From: Caecitellus pseudoparvulus
Lineage: Eukaryota; Protista; Bigyra: Bicosoecida
DNA length: 64,000 nucleotides
Reading direction: 5' to 3'
Assembly (NCBI GenBank): GCA_965644315.1
Contig: CBFFRQ010000046.1
Coordinates: 4,950-68,949, forward strand
Shown: positions 21,501 to 31,900 of the stretch, piece after piece
Position numbering within the stretch: the first letter of the stretch is position 1
Layout: every line of letters begins with the position of its first letter
Translations under genes and position numbers: made by a program
The notes under the pieces: generated by a model
What the model was told of the DNA's origin: nothing
What the model saw: the letters and a program-made list of their open reading frames with translations, nothing else
Databases searched by the model: none

Positions 21501-23661
21501 TCGTAGAGGGTGAGGGGCTGTGGCTGGGAGTTGCACTGGAGGAGGGCGACACGGAAGGCGTGGCGGAAGCAGAGGGTGACATGGTTGGAGTGGCAGATGG
21601 GCGGGAGGACTCAGATGGTGTCGAGCTTGAACTAGCTGTGACTGAACTTGTAGCACTGGAGCTTGCTGTTACTGTGGGTGAGGCACTAGCGCTGGTAGTT
21701 GTGGAGGGCGTGGAGCTTGAGCTTGCTGTCGCGGATGTTGTGGCACTTTGGGAGGCAGTCGCGGAAGCAGTTCCTGAGTGTGTGGGCGACGCACTGGTTG
21801 TCGTGGAGGCAGTGGCTGATGCTGAGGTAGTCGGGGTCGGTGTGAAGGACGTGCTCGCCGTTGGAGAGGCAGTAGCAGTAGGAGACGGGCTTGGGTTCAA
21901 CAGCCGCAGCCGGGTCGTGAGCCCAGAGGAGTCGTCGTGCAGGAGGAGAGAGAGATCGTCAAACGCGCGAAGTTTTGAACCCTCTAGGTCCAAGGAATGG
22001 ATAGCTGGCCCAAAATTCACTCCGCCTACGCACGCCGCCGACGAGTTGCCAGTGGCTATCCCAGGACATGCCGGCCACATGCCAACGCTGGACAAGTGGA
22101 CCAGGCGCAGCGTGCGCCCGCCTGAAGCTGAGAGAGTCTGCAGAACCAGCCATCCATCACCAGTTGTGTGCATGGTGAGTATGTCGGAGATATTTGTGGA
22201 GTCTGTCGGCAGCTTCAAGTTCGAGGGGTGCAGAGTTCCGTGCCAGCCTGCTGTGCCAGGTTCCGTCCAATTGCGCCAACGGATGCAGCAGTGTTGAGAC
22301 TCCCCGCATCGATCCTCGACAAGAAGCGCTGATTGAACCGGTTCGAGAGACCACGAAGTCGTGTTGATCAGGCTTTGGAAGGGAGCCGCGAGTGGGTTGA
22401 ACTTGGCGCTGCGGTGTGGAGTGGCTGTCGTGGCTGACCACAGCAGCGTTCCCGAGCCTCCCTGCCAACACGACACTGCGGAGCGTTGCTGGGAGGAAGC
22501 AAGCATGCAGATCTTATCTGGGGTGACAGCGGCTATCGGGCATGACTGCACCCCGCCTGGTTCAGCGTCCAGGTGGGAAGCTCGACGGAAGCCCAAGCCG
22601 CCGTCCGGGAAGATGGAAGCAACAGTGCCAATGTTTCCGGGAGAAGGATGCCATGAGGCCAGCCATGATGACGAGGTGTCCTCTGGTACAAATGAGTGGG
22701 GGCAAAGGCCCTGTGTGTCGATCGCTGACTGAGTGAAGGACTTCATGGGCGCCAAGCTCTCCAGCTCCCTCAGGGTGATGGCTCCAGGCAATGGACCAGC
22801 TTGAATGACTGTAGAGCCCGGTGCATCGTGGAAGATCGTCGTATTGATGGGTTCTGGTGGACTTGAAGAAAGGATTTGCGGGCTCGGCCACACCTCCAGG
22901 CTGAGCAACCAAGTGTGTGTTGCGTTGCGCACGGTGACGCCCGCAACCCAGCGATCCGTGCATAGCACAGCCACCATAGCGTTCTCTATGCAGCGAACCC
23001 ATCCTAGTTCAACTTGACTGGCAGGTGGCAAAGATGTCTGCAGGGCAACCGCCTCATCCACGAACACCACAACTTGAGGAGAGAGTGAGCCGGGCCTGCT
23101 TCCGTACAACAACACGGCCCCGCCACGGGCAGCATCGAGCAGCTGCGGGTGATCAGAAGCACCTAATTGGTCTGTGGCATTGAAGTTTTCAATACCCACC
23201 AGGCGAGGCAGTCTCAGCATGTACCGCCCTTCGTCTTGCAGGTGGATGCCAGTCCCGTCATGCACGGCCAGGGACAGGGGCGCTGACAGCAGCACAAGAG
23301 CAATGCCGAACACAGGAAGCAAGCAATGCGAGGTGGAAATGCCCCTGCCAGAGCTTTTGGTGCTGCTGCGCAATCGCAGGGTTGGTTTTGTGGGTTGCCC
23401 TGGGCATGTGACGGGCAATTCCCGCAACCCAGGGCAAGCATCGTGAAACCTGTCCTGTCCCCCAAGTGCCGAGCAACCAGCCGCATCTCGCACAGGCAAG
23501 GCACCCGACGTGTACAGAGGAGGCGACTGTTGCCGTCTTTTTCTTGCCTCTGGTGAGCATGCTGCTGCGCAGGACGTGAAACTGTAATCTGAAACTTTCC
23601 CGGCTGCGTTTTGACTGCCACACTCCGCCGCCATGTTCGCTGCGCGGAAACCAGACGGCAT
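18529..23661 (-). CDS. Large multipass membrane protein: hydrophobic signal/anchor, beta-rich ectodomain, Ser/Thr stalk, Cys-rich module, multi-TM (TRP-like C-terminal type) domain, disordered tail
   Basis: 1710-aa ORF; CPRPGSC...CAPGHGGALCAACEHGW...CQRC precedes a TM bundle with GAYRR..AWFEVVRL and LKPY...LN motifs. True start uncertain. Confidence 0.7.
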   Translation of the reverse strand: MPSGFRAANMAAECGSQNAAGKVSDYSFTSCAAACSPEARKRRQQSPPLYTSGALPVRDAAGCSALGGQDRFHDACPGLRELPVTCPGQPTKPTLRLRSSTKSSGRGISTSHCLLPVFGIALVLLSAPLSLAVHDGTGIHLQDEGRYMLRLPRLVGIENFNATDQLGASDHPQLLDAARGGAVLLYGSRPGSLSPQVVVFVDEAVALQTSLPPASQVELGWVRCIENAMVAVLCTDRWVAGVTVRNATHTWLLSLEVWPSPQILSSSPPEPINTTIFHDAPGSTVIQAGPLPGAITLRELESLAPMKSFTQSAIDTQGLCPHSFVPEDTSSSWLASWHPSPGNIGTVASIFPDGGLGFRRASHLDAEPGGVQSCPIAAVTPDKICMLASSQQRSAVSCWQGGSGTLLWSATTATPHRSAKFNPLAAPFQSLINTTSWSLEPVQSALLVEDRCGESQHCCIRWRNWTEPGTAGWHGTLHPSNLKLPTDSTNISDILTMHTTGDGWLVLQTLSASGGRTLRLVHLSSVGMWPACPGIATGNSSAACVGGVNFGPAIHSLDLEGSKLRAFDDLSLLLHDDSSGLTTRLRLLNPSPSPTATASPTASTSFTPTPTTSASATASTTTSASPTHSGTASATASQSATTSATASSSSTPSTTTSASASPTVTASSSATSSVTASSSSTPSESSRPSATPTMSPSASATPSVSPSSSATPSHSPSPSTTASNTATSTVTPSNTASSSPTASETPSHTASSTGTPSVSRTPGSTPSTSSSSQSTPTPSASSALLGSRSKACTTVARCSFDGQVQEYRQAGMWCESCLQGNAILREKDTAAKLWRCPRPGSCLVAQTGPARLTCAPGHGGALCAACEHGWTATDACSMCQRCPSGNALTWIFPLLSVGALVAFLLFTSFRSYKQAGKINVDLLSGINRIIIQYLSLLFILLVVTLSTRDIPTDTTSMAISANQWADVCRAQATSLNATADTSAPAVSGFDPVSSHPLAQSASLEPYSILKSMQRASAAVGEVVGASAVLSSPASQCLVNIPAHWFQVGQVALSVVILTVFFVAVWIGATSVARAKPSLSAASAAVGKRRASLAAAGRSMQRVLQDLPPASRNRMNLLLGMAVASAVVYFSVWGMATTAALQLLARTEQIGSHRRMSVTAFRHHADEPELLLSTGVAAGAVALNVVLVPILLVVVLIRCRAHVSSHSMLGFSLAYLTGAYRRITAWFEVVRLWERFAFLATVYLMWDVTFRMVTLVLVVFVTIMLLFTLKPYSLPELNTADMQSHFMLLMTALALLLFPPSLGLALVIVSMNTLLMLSLLTVWLRAASKSVRTKIAKVNKWLREQFPELDEEYVRPKDMEEILYVDAAPPSLGDWLRVIGRRCGCLRTKPKKKKRIVYLQSSAQSAALNDDEEFIGNELLKDCCSRCTRQPAGGSSSQSADAPRRPTVSTSSGALLISRTHSNPMLKDAAGSKHGASKAKDAPENRATPPHQSPETSDDDDDELYAGKPSRLEPASAPTSAPPLAQQSSSKLPRAGPMPASHMAVRRGLPHWQLWEGISVSISLGWATPQQRTPAVFQPSAARPTRQPSLKQAKAGKLARKAAEHKAAPLEAVAGLTRQASARRVFAVQSRQQRPSLAGPRSSSGAEERPPSKTMASATKVKDNRRRNSMMLRSLAAAAAASTTHERSGPRRQSGGGRRRSTSRTATQLLK
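21320..21895 (-). repeat. Low-complexity Ser/Thr/Pro/Ala mucin-like coding tract
   Basis: PSPSPTATASPTASTSFTPTPTTSASAT...TPSVSRTPGSTPSTSSSSQSTPTPSAS. Confidence 0.85.
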
Positions 23662-24208
23662 GCACGGGCACGTGCTTCGTCAACGTCCAAGGCAAAGCAA
23701 GGGATAGGCGCGTGGAACGCGTGTCTTCCTCAGCAGCGCAGTGTCACGTTCGGGGGTGCGCCGATGCATGCAACGCCACCCGGCGCAGGTCACCTGCAGC
23801 TCTCTCAGGTGCTTGTTTTCTGCAGTCGACCGATGTTTTCGAGGCGAAAGCGTGGCTTGCTGAGATGATCAGGGTCTTTACATTGTCTCGTTCATTTGCA
23901 AGAGCTCTGCGAACTTGCCAGCAGTGCAGATGTGAACTTTTCTGGACCTGCAGCGGGTCTTTTTGTGGATCAGATGAGATGAAAGTAAGCGCCAACCTAT
24001 CCTACACTGCAATATCCTTCGTTCGTTACAACTGGCAAAGTCTTTTTACCAAAACGCCACCCCCCACTGAAAGAGCGCCCCATCACAGTACTTCACCAAT
24101 TGACATTTGCGCGGTTTACTCAGCAAGAGGGAAGCACAGGCTCCAGTTCAGGAGGGCAGCAAGTCGAAGCTCACTCAAATTCCGCAGACAGACTCCGCAA
24201 CGACTTCA

Positions 24209-26482
24209 ATGCACGGCGCGATGGGTGGGGACACTGCGAGGTAAGCAGTGCACCTTTGCAGCTGAGTAGCTATAGCAGATGCTCAAGCAACGCTGGAGCT
24301 TGTACTGCGCAGGCTGTCGCTTTGGCTGGCTGCCGCAGCGTGGTTTTTGTGCCTTCCTTTCGTGACGGTGAGCACCGGGGAGCTGAAGCCTAGAGGACTG
24401 TTTGTCTCGGAAACTGCCATCCAGAAGGGTCTAGTCGGCGGTCTCGTTTCTAAAAGTAGCTATAATCGGGCCGTAGAGCACGCCCTGAGCTTCTACACGG
24501 ATTCCGCCGTGCAGGGTGGAGACAGCCTCGGCTGGTTCGCTGAGCATGCATGCGGCGGCCCGCGGCAGTGCTCCGTGTTTACCCAAGCAGGCACCGGCGC
24601 TGCAAGCGATGCGGTGCTTGTGTACCTTCCCGGCATGCAGTCGAACTCCATCTCTGCAAGCAACGTTCTGGTGAGCAGCGTCCCGGGGGCGAGCGCGGAT
24701 GCTGCGGCGTGTGCGGACTTGTGGTTTCCGGCGCCGCTTCGACAGACAGCTTCAACCGCCCACGCCTGCATTCGGGCACCCCACGGGGCATTTCACCTCC
24801 TGGCCATGCTCCCTGTGTTGGGAGAGTCCCCCTGGCGGGCGGCTGGCGTCGGTCTGCTGCTCCTTCCGCCTGGCGTTGAGCAGGAGTGGCTGGGGTGCCT
24901 CACCACACCCAGCGTGGACCTCCAGCGTGGTCTGGTATGCCTGCAAGCCTACAACACTGCCATGGTTCGGTCTGGTTTGTCGCAGTCAGGAAGTGTGGCT
25001 CGCTCTGCAGCAGACTGGGTCGTGGGCACTGCCAGCGCGGGGAGGGAACCCTCTGCCCCGCAGGTGGGCCGCGTGCAGTCCGTGCTGCACCTGCGCTGGC
25101 CCAGTGCAAGCACTATACAGCGCTCTGTCGTGCTGGAGGTGGAGGGTCCAGGGGGTCTGGTCCCTGACCTGGATGTCCCCTCAGCCTTGACGCACCTCGC
25201 CCAGGCACAGGGATTGCGTGTGCGCCAGCAGCCGGAGGAAGGTGTGCAGCAATGGGCAGAGCAGGTTGGATTATCTGATGCAGGTATGACGTGGGACGCT
25301 CTGCACAGCGTGGAAGTAGTGGGCACGTCTCTTGCACGTGCTGTGGGGACTTCGCTCGCGGCGGACTGGTTGAGGCAGATCGCACACGGCTGGTTTGAGG
25401 TCAGCCTCGCCTGCGGGGCCCATGGGGGCTCTGGGTCTGGTTTGCATGGCGCCTTTCTTGAGTTGAATGTGCCTGCGGTGACCATCGCTGTGTCCCAGAA
25501 GGGGTGGGCCGTGCCCGGTGACAACGCCCGAACAGCCTGCTCGCTCTCCCGAACAGCTTCTGCGCCATGGTGCGATGGTCTTCAGATGAAGGGCAATGCT
25601 TCGTCACGGGGGCACACCCAGCGGCTGCCTGCGCTCAAAGTGCTGCGTGTCATCGAGCACTGGCTGCGGACTGCGGCGGTGGTGGAGGAGCGCTTCCACG
25701 CCGGGGCAAGGCTGTACATTTCGTGGGGCGCTAGCTTTGTCAATGATGGCGAGTACGCGCTGGTATTTGCTCTCTTGCTGGTAGTGTCAGGGTGGCGCGT
25801 GTGCACGGCTGGCAGCAGCGCCATCGAGCTGGTGCGTGGACTGCCCCTGGCGGCGACCTTGCTTGCGTGGGGCGTGCTCGCTGCAGCACTGCCACTTGCA
25901 GCTCTTCCCACCGCCGTGATGCATGCATTGGATGGGTCTGGTGTGCGAATTTCGTGCGTCCTGCAGTGCGGCTGGCTCTTGCTGGGCACGCTGCTCGCGG
26001 CGGTTGCTGGTGGTGCCCCTCGCATCCCGCAGCACACCCGCGCGGGAGAACTTCCCGCTGACCAGTGGAAGGAGACTTCCCCACACGAACGACTTCAGCG
26101 CATGGAGAAAAAGCAGGGGCACCTCGAGCCCGCACCGCACAAGGTGCTCCTGTGTGCCGTGAGTGTCTTGGTCTTGGCGGGCCACGGCGTCGTGGCGATG
26201 GCACCCGCCTTGCCTGTTTGGCTTGCTCTTGCGCCAGCGCACGTCTCGCTACTTTCCAAGCAAAGGGGCTTGTGGCGCACTTTTGCACTGTCTCTGTCAT
26301 GTGCACTGAGCGTGGGAGTTACGGCCATAGCGGGGGCGTTTGCGGCTTCCTTCGCGCAGCTGCCGGGCGGCGACGTGCAAGGCCACCGCATCGGCTTCTG
26401 CCTGCTCCACGGGCTCGCAGTCTTTCCGATCTGGATGGTGGCAGGAGCAGACGCAGTCAGCAGCCTGACACACCCGACGTAG
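24209..26482 (+). CDS. GPAA1: GPI transamidase subunit GPAA1/Gaa1; exons 24209-24240, 24313-26482
   Basis: N-terminal TM then VTVSTGELKPRGLFVSETAI (Gaa1 TYxSENAL motif); EERFHAG..LY...SFV..GEY (Gaa1 EKxHQSFFxY) followed by multiple TMs. The GTAAG...GCAG intron restores frame. Confidence 0.75.
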
Positions 26483-26492
26483 TTTCCCCTCC

Positions 26493-28622
26493 TCACAGCT
26501 TGCCCCCGTGCGCCTCCAGCAAGGCCAGCATGGCGGGGGCGGCGGGGGACCGGTGGGCCATGAGCATTTCGTCCCTGCCCACGTGCACCCGGCCAGTTGC
26601 CAGCAGCGCCTCTGCAATGCTGACGTGCCCGCCGTGCATGGCGTTGAAGAGGGACTGGTTTGCAACGGCGGCCGGGTCAGCGCCGTGTGCCACGAGGATG
26701 TCCACCACTTGCGAGTGGCCGCGCTTGCATGCTTCGCGCAGTGCAGCGCTCTTGCGGATATCTGCAGGCACTACTGGCAGGTCAGCAGTGTTCAGCAGTG
26801 CCTGCACGAGGGCAGGGTCTGCCACCTCGCTGTCCGCGACAGCCTGGTCTTGGGGAGTCATGGGCCGCATAGGCATGGGGGAGTGTGGCTTGAGCCAACG
26901 CGCCACACGCTGCTCCGCGCTGCATGCTGCCACGCCGGCAGAGGGACTCGCATCGAGTGCCCCCATGAGCAGCTGAAGCGTGTCTGTGTGTGCGTACGTG
27001 GCTGCTCCCAGCAGCGCAGCCCCATCCTGCACACACGGGTCTGCTCCGTGTTGCAGCAGCAGTACACATGCTGCGGTGTGCCCCTTCCTTGCCGCATCTG
27101 CGATGACGGTGGGGTCCCTGTCGCTGGGGTTTATGCCGTAGTGCGCCATGAGTTCCCACAGCACTGCGATCTGGCCTTGCCGTGCCGCTGCACAGGCCGC
27201 CTCCGCCAGCGTGTCGGCCTGGTGTTCCGCTGCGCCGCGGCTGAGGAACTCGCGCAGGACCACGGCAAAGCCGAACTCCGCGGCGCGCACGATGCCCCCT
27301 GCAATGTTGCCATCTGTCCATGCTTCCACCACCGCTTGGGGGTTCTCTTCCCCCACCACTCCCGCATCCAGGAGCTGTCCCACCACCGCGTCACTTCCCA
27401 CGCCAGCAGCGCTAGGAATGCAGGCTCTGGCGCTGGCTGCACACTGCCGGCAGTGTGGCAGGGCGCCAGCGGGAGGCCAGTGGTCAATGCCCTGCACACG
27501 GTCACACTGGGCATGTTTTGGGAAGCTGATGAGGGCTGGGGTCACTGCTGCGCAGCCAGTGGCGGCTGCGACTTGCAGCGCTCGATGTGCTTGCCACGTG
27601 ACTTCTGCCCACGTCAGCTCGCCTGGCTGCTGCCCAGAGGCGATTCGGACGCCGTGCGCGAGCATGACGCTCACTGCGCGGGCGGCATTGCTCTCTGCAG
27701 CGCCGTGCAGCGCTTCGCCCCACTCTGCAGGCGACTGCCCGATGCCGATGTCCAGCAGCACCTGCACGATGTCTGCGTGGTCGGCGTTGCAAGCGACATT
27801 CAAGGTGACAGCGCCAAGGTGCCCGGGGCTGGCATTCAGGGACGCAAGGAGTTTCACGATGGCCACGTTCCCCGCCTTCGCAGCTCTCCACAGCAGCTCA
27901 GGGTTGCGCCGTGCCACGTTCAGCCCGTGCTGCAGCAGCGTGTGCAGGGCGGCTTCGTTGCCTGCGGAGATGGCGGCGCGGCCTCCGAGGTTCAGCACCT
28001 TGCGGAAGTTGTAGCAGTACCGGGGCGTGTCCTCTGAAGGATCAGCTGGGCGCAGCACTGGGGGAGGGGGTGGTGTGCGTGGGCCCACGAGGTCGACAAT
28101 GTCCGGGTTGGCTGGACTTGGCACCCGCAGTGCCTCCCGCAAGTGCAGCTTGGCGCTGGAGGCGTGTAGGATGGGGGACAGCCACGCTTCATGGGTACCT
28201 GATGAACTGCCAGCGAGGATGGGGACAGCGAAATGCGGGTTACGCATCAGCGGCACGTGCGACCAGCTCAGCGGCACGCTGGACGGCACGAACTCCAGCA
28301 GCAGGCGCAGCAGGCCAGGGTCAGCGGCGGCAAGGTCTTGCAGGAGATGAACAACATCAATGCAGCTGGTCACTGCGCCTGCCTCCTGCTCGGCACCCGT
28401 TGGCTGCTGCCCAGTGGCCTGCGCTTCACCTGACGCCGCTGCAACGCAGCTGGCAGGCGGCGCAGCAGCTTGTGGCGCACTGCCTTGCGCGTGCAGGAAG
28501 CCTGCCGCTTCCTCTCGTGCGTGTTTGCCTTCAGAGGTGACAGGTGGGGAAGAATGTCCCGCTTGGGCGGCGCCATGCCCTAGCTGTGGGCGGCAAGGCG
28601 TGCAGGTCTGCGCCGTTGCCAT
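26493..28622 (-). CDS. Ankyrin-repeat protein
   Basis: Repeated AAKAGNVAIVKLL, ACNADHADIVQVLL, AARKGHTAACVLLLQHGADP, ACKRGHSQVVDILVAHGADP. Confidence 0.88.
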   Translation of the reverse strand: MATAQTCTPCRPQLGHGAAQAGHSSPPVTSEGKHAREEAAGFLHAQGSAPQAAAPPASCVAAASGEAQATGQQPTGAEQEAGAVTSCIDVVHLLQDLAAADPGLLRLLLEFVPSSVPLSWSHVPLMRNPHFAVPILAGSSSGTHEAWLSPILHASSAKLHLREALRVPSPANPDIVDLVGPRTPPPPPVLRPADPSEDTPRYCYNFRKVLNLGGRAAISAGNEAALHTLLQHGLNVARRNPELLWRAAKAGNVAIVKLLASLNASPGHLGAVTLNVACNADHADIVQVLLDIGIGQSPAEWGEALHGAAESNAARAVSVMLAHGVRIASGQQPGELTWAEVTWQAHRALQVAAATGCAAVTPALISFPKHAQCDRVQGIDHWPPAGALPHCRQCAASARACIPSAAGVGSDAVVGQLLDAGVVGEENPQAVVEAWTDGNIAGGIVRAAEFGFAVVLREFLSRGAAEHQADTLAEAACAAARQGQIAVLWELMAHYGINPSDRDPTVIADAARKGHTAACVLLLQHGADPCVQDGAALLGAATYAHTDTLQLLMGALDASPSAGVAACSAEQRVARWLKPHSPMPMRPMTPQDQAVADSEVADPALVQALLNTADLPVVPADIRKSAALREACKRGHSQVVDILVAHGADPAAVANQSLFNAMHGGHVSIAEALLATGRVHVGRDEMLMAHRSPAAPAMLALLEAHGGKL

Positions 28623-28984
28623 GCCAAGAAATGTCGGCGACTGCCGCCGAAGTCACGGAGCGTGTGCTGAGGACGGGGAGCTGGAGGTGGTGCTAAGGGA
28701 TTTCGGCATGAGGCGTTGGAGGTCTATGCAATTTTGTGTGTCGCCCGTCCTGTTTGCGTGTGTGCAGCTTGATGTGGTTTTCTGGGCGCCAATGCTCAGG
28801 AAGCCACCACCAGGTAGGTGACACCCCCCCTCAACACCCCTCGGGGCCGTCCAGCGTTCAGGGAGCCCAGGCAGCGGCCAATGAACAGTGCACAGACAGT
28901 GCATGTGTGCGTTGGTGATGCGCACCGCGTTTCGCGCGCGCCGTGCGCTTTTCTTTGAGCTGCACGCCCCATCATGAGCTGGGC

Positions 28985-31900
28985 ATGGCGGCAGCGGAAA
29001 AAAAGCCCTCAGGCACCTCACCAGGGGATTCCTCGCGGCGTGCGACGGTCCTGCTGCCCCTGCGCGAGAAGGATGGCGAGCTGCAGGCGCTTCTGGGCCA
29101 AAGGGAGGTGGAGAGCGTGGACAGTCCCGGTGAGATGGTGCCGTTTGGCGGTGAGCTGCTGCTGTTTGGAGGGCGAGTGCCTGCGCAGCAGCCGCCGCTG
29201 CAAGTGGCGTTGGCTGAGATGGGGCGCTCAGGCCTTGCCGTTGCGCCCAACACGCGCCTGAATGGAGTGATGGTGTTTGACAGGGTGCAAGTGACATCCT
29301 CGGTGACGGGCATGACGTATGACGTGCAGAGCTTCGTGGCGTGGGCGGGAGGTGCGTGTGCGTCTGCGGAAATTGCTTGCGGCACACGGCACCCTGCCTC
29401 GTTTCTGCGGCCGCAGACAACGAATTCACCCTGACTCCCGATGTGGACTTTGTGAACTTTCAACTCAGCACGGTGCGCGCTCGGAGGGAGCGGTTGGTGA
29501 AGTCAGGCACCTTCCACGCCCTGCCGCTGGCGTTGCAGCGCTCCCTGTCGCCCCGCATGCACACCGTGCAGTGGTGGCCCGTGGCCCAGGCCATCGCGGC
29601 GCTGCACCCTTCGCGCCCAGCCATCAACGCATGGCAAGCCGACGAGTTCAAGCGTCTGGGGCGGGCGGCTGGTCGCGACGTGGCGGTGGGCACGCTGCAC
29701 ACACTGCAGCACGCCCTGCAGCTGGGCAGCCGCACCGCCTTCCTCCGAGCCTGCGCCCGGCCGCTGCCCTGGGCACGCGCCCCGCTGCGCCCCGCGCACT
29801 TCGTCGCGGAGGATGTCATGGCCGCCCACGCCCCCTCCACCTCCCCTCTCGCGCCCGCCCGCCGACCCCGCCAGCGCAGCCGCAGCCTGGACAGTGCAGA
29901 CTTGCCGGCGCTGCTACGCCGAGGGTGGGCTGGCAGGGGGGGCGTGTCTGCCGGCACAGGGGCGCCAGAGCAGCGCCTGCGAGGGGAGAAGGCGCCACAT
30001 GACGACGGCTGTGGCCTGTTGCCCAGCAACACAGTGTACGGGCCGACGCACATGCGACAGGGCTCTGGCGGAGCCGCAGGGACAGGTGGCGAGGCTGTGC
30101 AGCTGCTCTCGCACAACCTCAACGTGCTGCCAGTGGGCGCCAACATGGTGAGCAGGCACAGCTCGCACCAGGCTGGCACGCGCATCGACGCCTTCACAGC
30201 GTACCTGGCCCAGCACGCCCAGCGGGGGGGGGCCCTGCACATCCTGGCCCTGCAAGAGGTGTTCGCGACGGCCATGTCCCCCTTCGTGTGCTACCAGGCG
30301 TCCCTCCTGCGACGTCTCCGCGCCCTGGGGTACACACACGCAGTGCACATGCCCCGTCCGTCGCTTGGGGACGTCGCCTGGCGAGGCAAGTGGACCGACA
30401 GCGGGCTGGTCATCGCCAGCAAACTGCCCATCATTGCGAGCGATTTCCTGGCCTTCCAGGGCGGCAGGGGGCTGGACGCTGGCGCAGCCAAGGGCGTCAT
30501 TTGGGCCCGAGTGCAGGTGCCTGGTCGGCCTGCCTCGTCCACGGCGCCAGTGTGTGTGGACGTGTTCAACTGCCACTTGCAAGCGACGCACACGGGGCCT
30601 GTGGGGGGGTACCAGCACGTGCGTGCGGGGCAGGTGCAGGAAATGATGGCGTTCATTCGGCGGGTGACGCACGGCAGTACCCACCCCTGGCTGCTGACGG
30701 GGGATTTCAACGTGGACGGCATGCAGGATTTTCCCGGGCGGCAGGTGGGCCTGCCCTACTTCGCACCCCTCACGTCCTCTGGCGGCGTGGCCGAAGGCGA
30801 CAGCGAAGCGTACACGGTGCTGCTGGCCCAACTGCTGCAGTCTGTGGGGCGGCAGAGTCTGGGTGCGCGAGGCTCGGCAGGTGCCGCCACCGCGCGCCTG
30901 GCAGGGTTCATGGACGTTTTGCGGGCCAAGCACGGGCGGCAAGTGACCACCCGCCCACCCCGCCAGCAGTTCCCCACACACTTGGCGTATGCGTACGCCC
31001 ACAAGCACCCTCAGCGCCTGGACTACGTGTGGTTCCGGGAGGGGGCGGCAGGGCAGCTGACAGTGGACGTGCCGGCGACGGCAGTGCTGCCCTTCCGCAT
31101 GGCGCCACACTCGGGCTTCAGCCACTTGTCGGACCACTACGGCATCACGGTGTCCTTGGTGCCCGACACATCCATCGCATGGGAAGACACGACGCGGCGC
31201 ATCGTGCTGGCGCAGCCCCACGCGGCTCGCCACGCGCCTCCCCGCGGCCTGGCCCGCTCCAAGTCTTCAGGGGACGTGGCAGGCCTCACCGACGCCGAGC
31301 CGAGCGAAGCGCCAGTGCTGGGCAGCGAGGCAGGGCGCGTTGCACTGCCCACCACCGGCGTGACCCGAGCCTTCGTGGCGCCGCCTGCCCTGGTACGCTG
31401 CGTGCGTATGCCGCAGCCGTCCAGCGTCGTTGGGCGGGTCGCGCTTGCGACCTGCCCTCGCCTGTGGCGGGAAGTGCAGTTCTTCGCCCTGCACAGCCGC
31501 ACATGGGCCATCGTGGGGAACGTGGCAACGGTGCTGTTGGCGTTCTGGGTGCTGGCCTTTGCCGCTGCGCAGGGGTTGCTGGGGGAACAGCACGGTATTG
31601 TCAGCACATTGAAGGCAGCTGCCGCAGGGGTGGGCGCTGCCTGGCGACACAGGCCATCGCTTGACACCTGCATGGCTGTATCGACAGAGTCAGGGTGCTG
31701 GCTGCACGTGGGTCAGTTTCTCACGACGCTGGGCGCCACGCTGTTGACAGTGGCGGTGTTGGCCGCAGTGGCGTGGCCTGACACCGCCTCCCTCGCTTTG
31801 GCTTGGTATTCCTTGTACTGGCGCGTGCAGGGGCGCCTGGTGCCACGGGGGACGCGGGAGGCCTCTGCCCTGCGCCTCCTCCGCTGTGCCCAGTGGTGCC

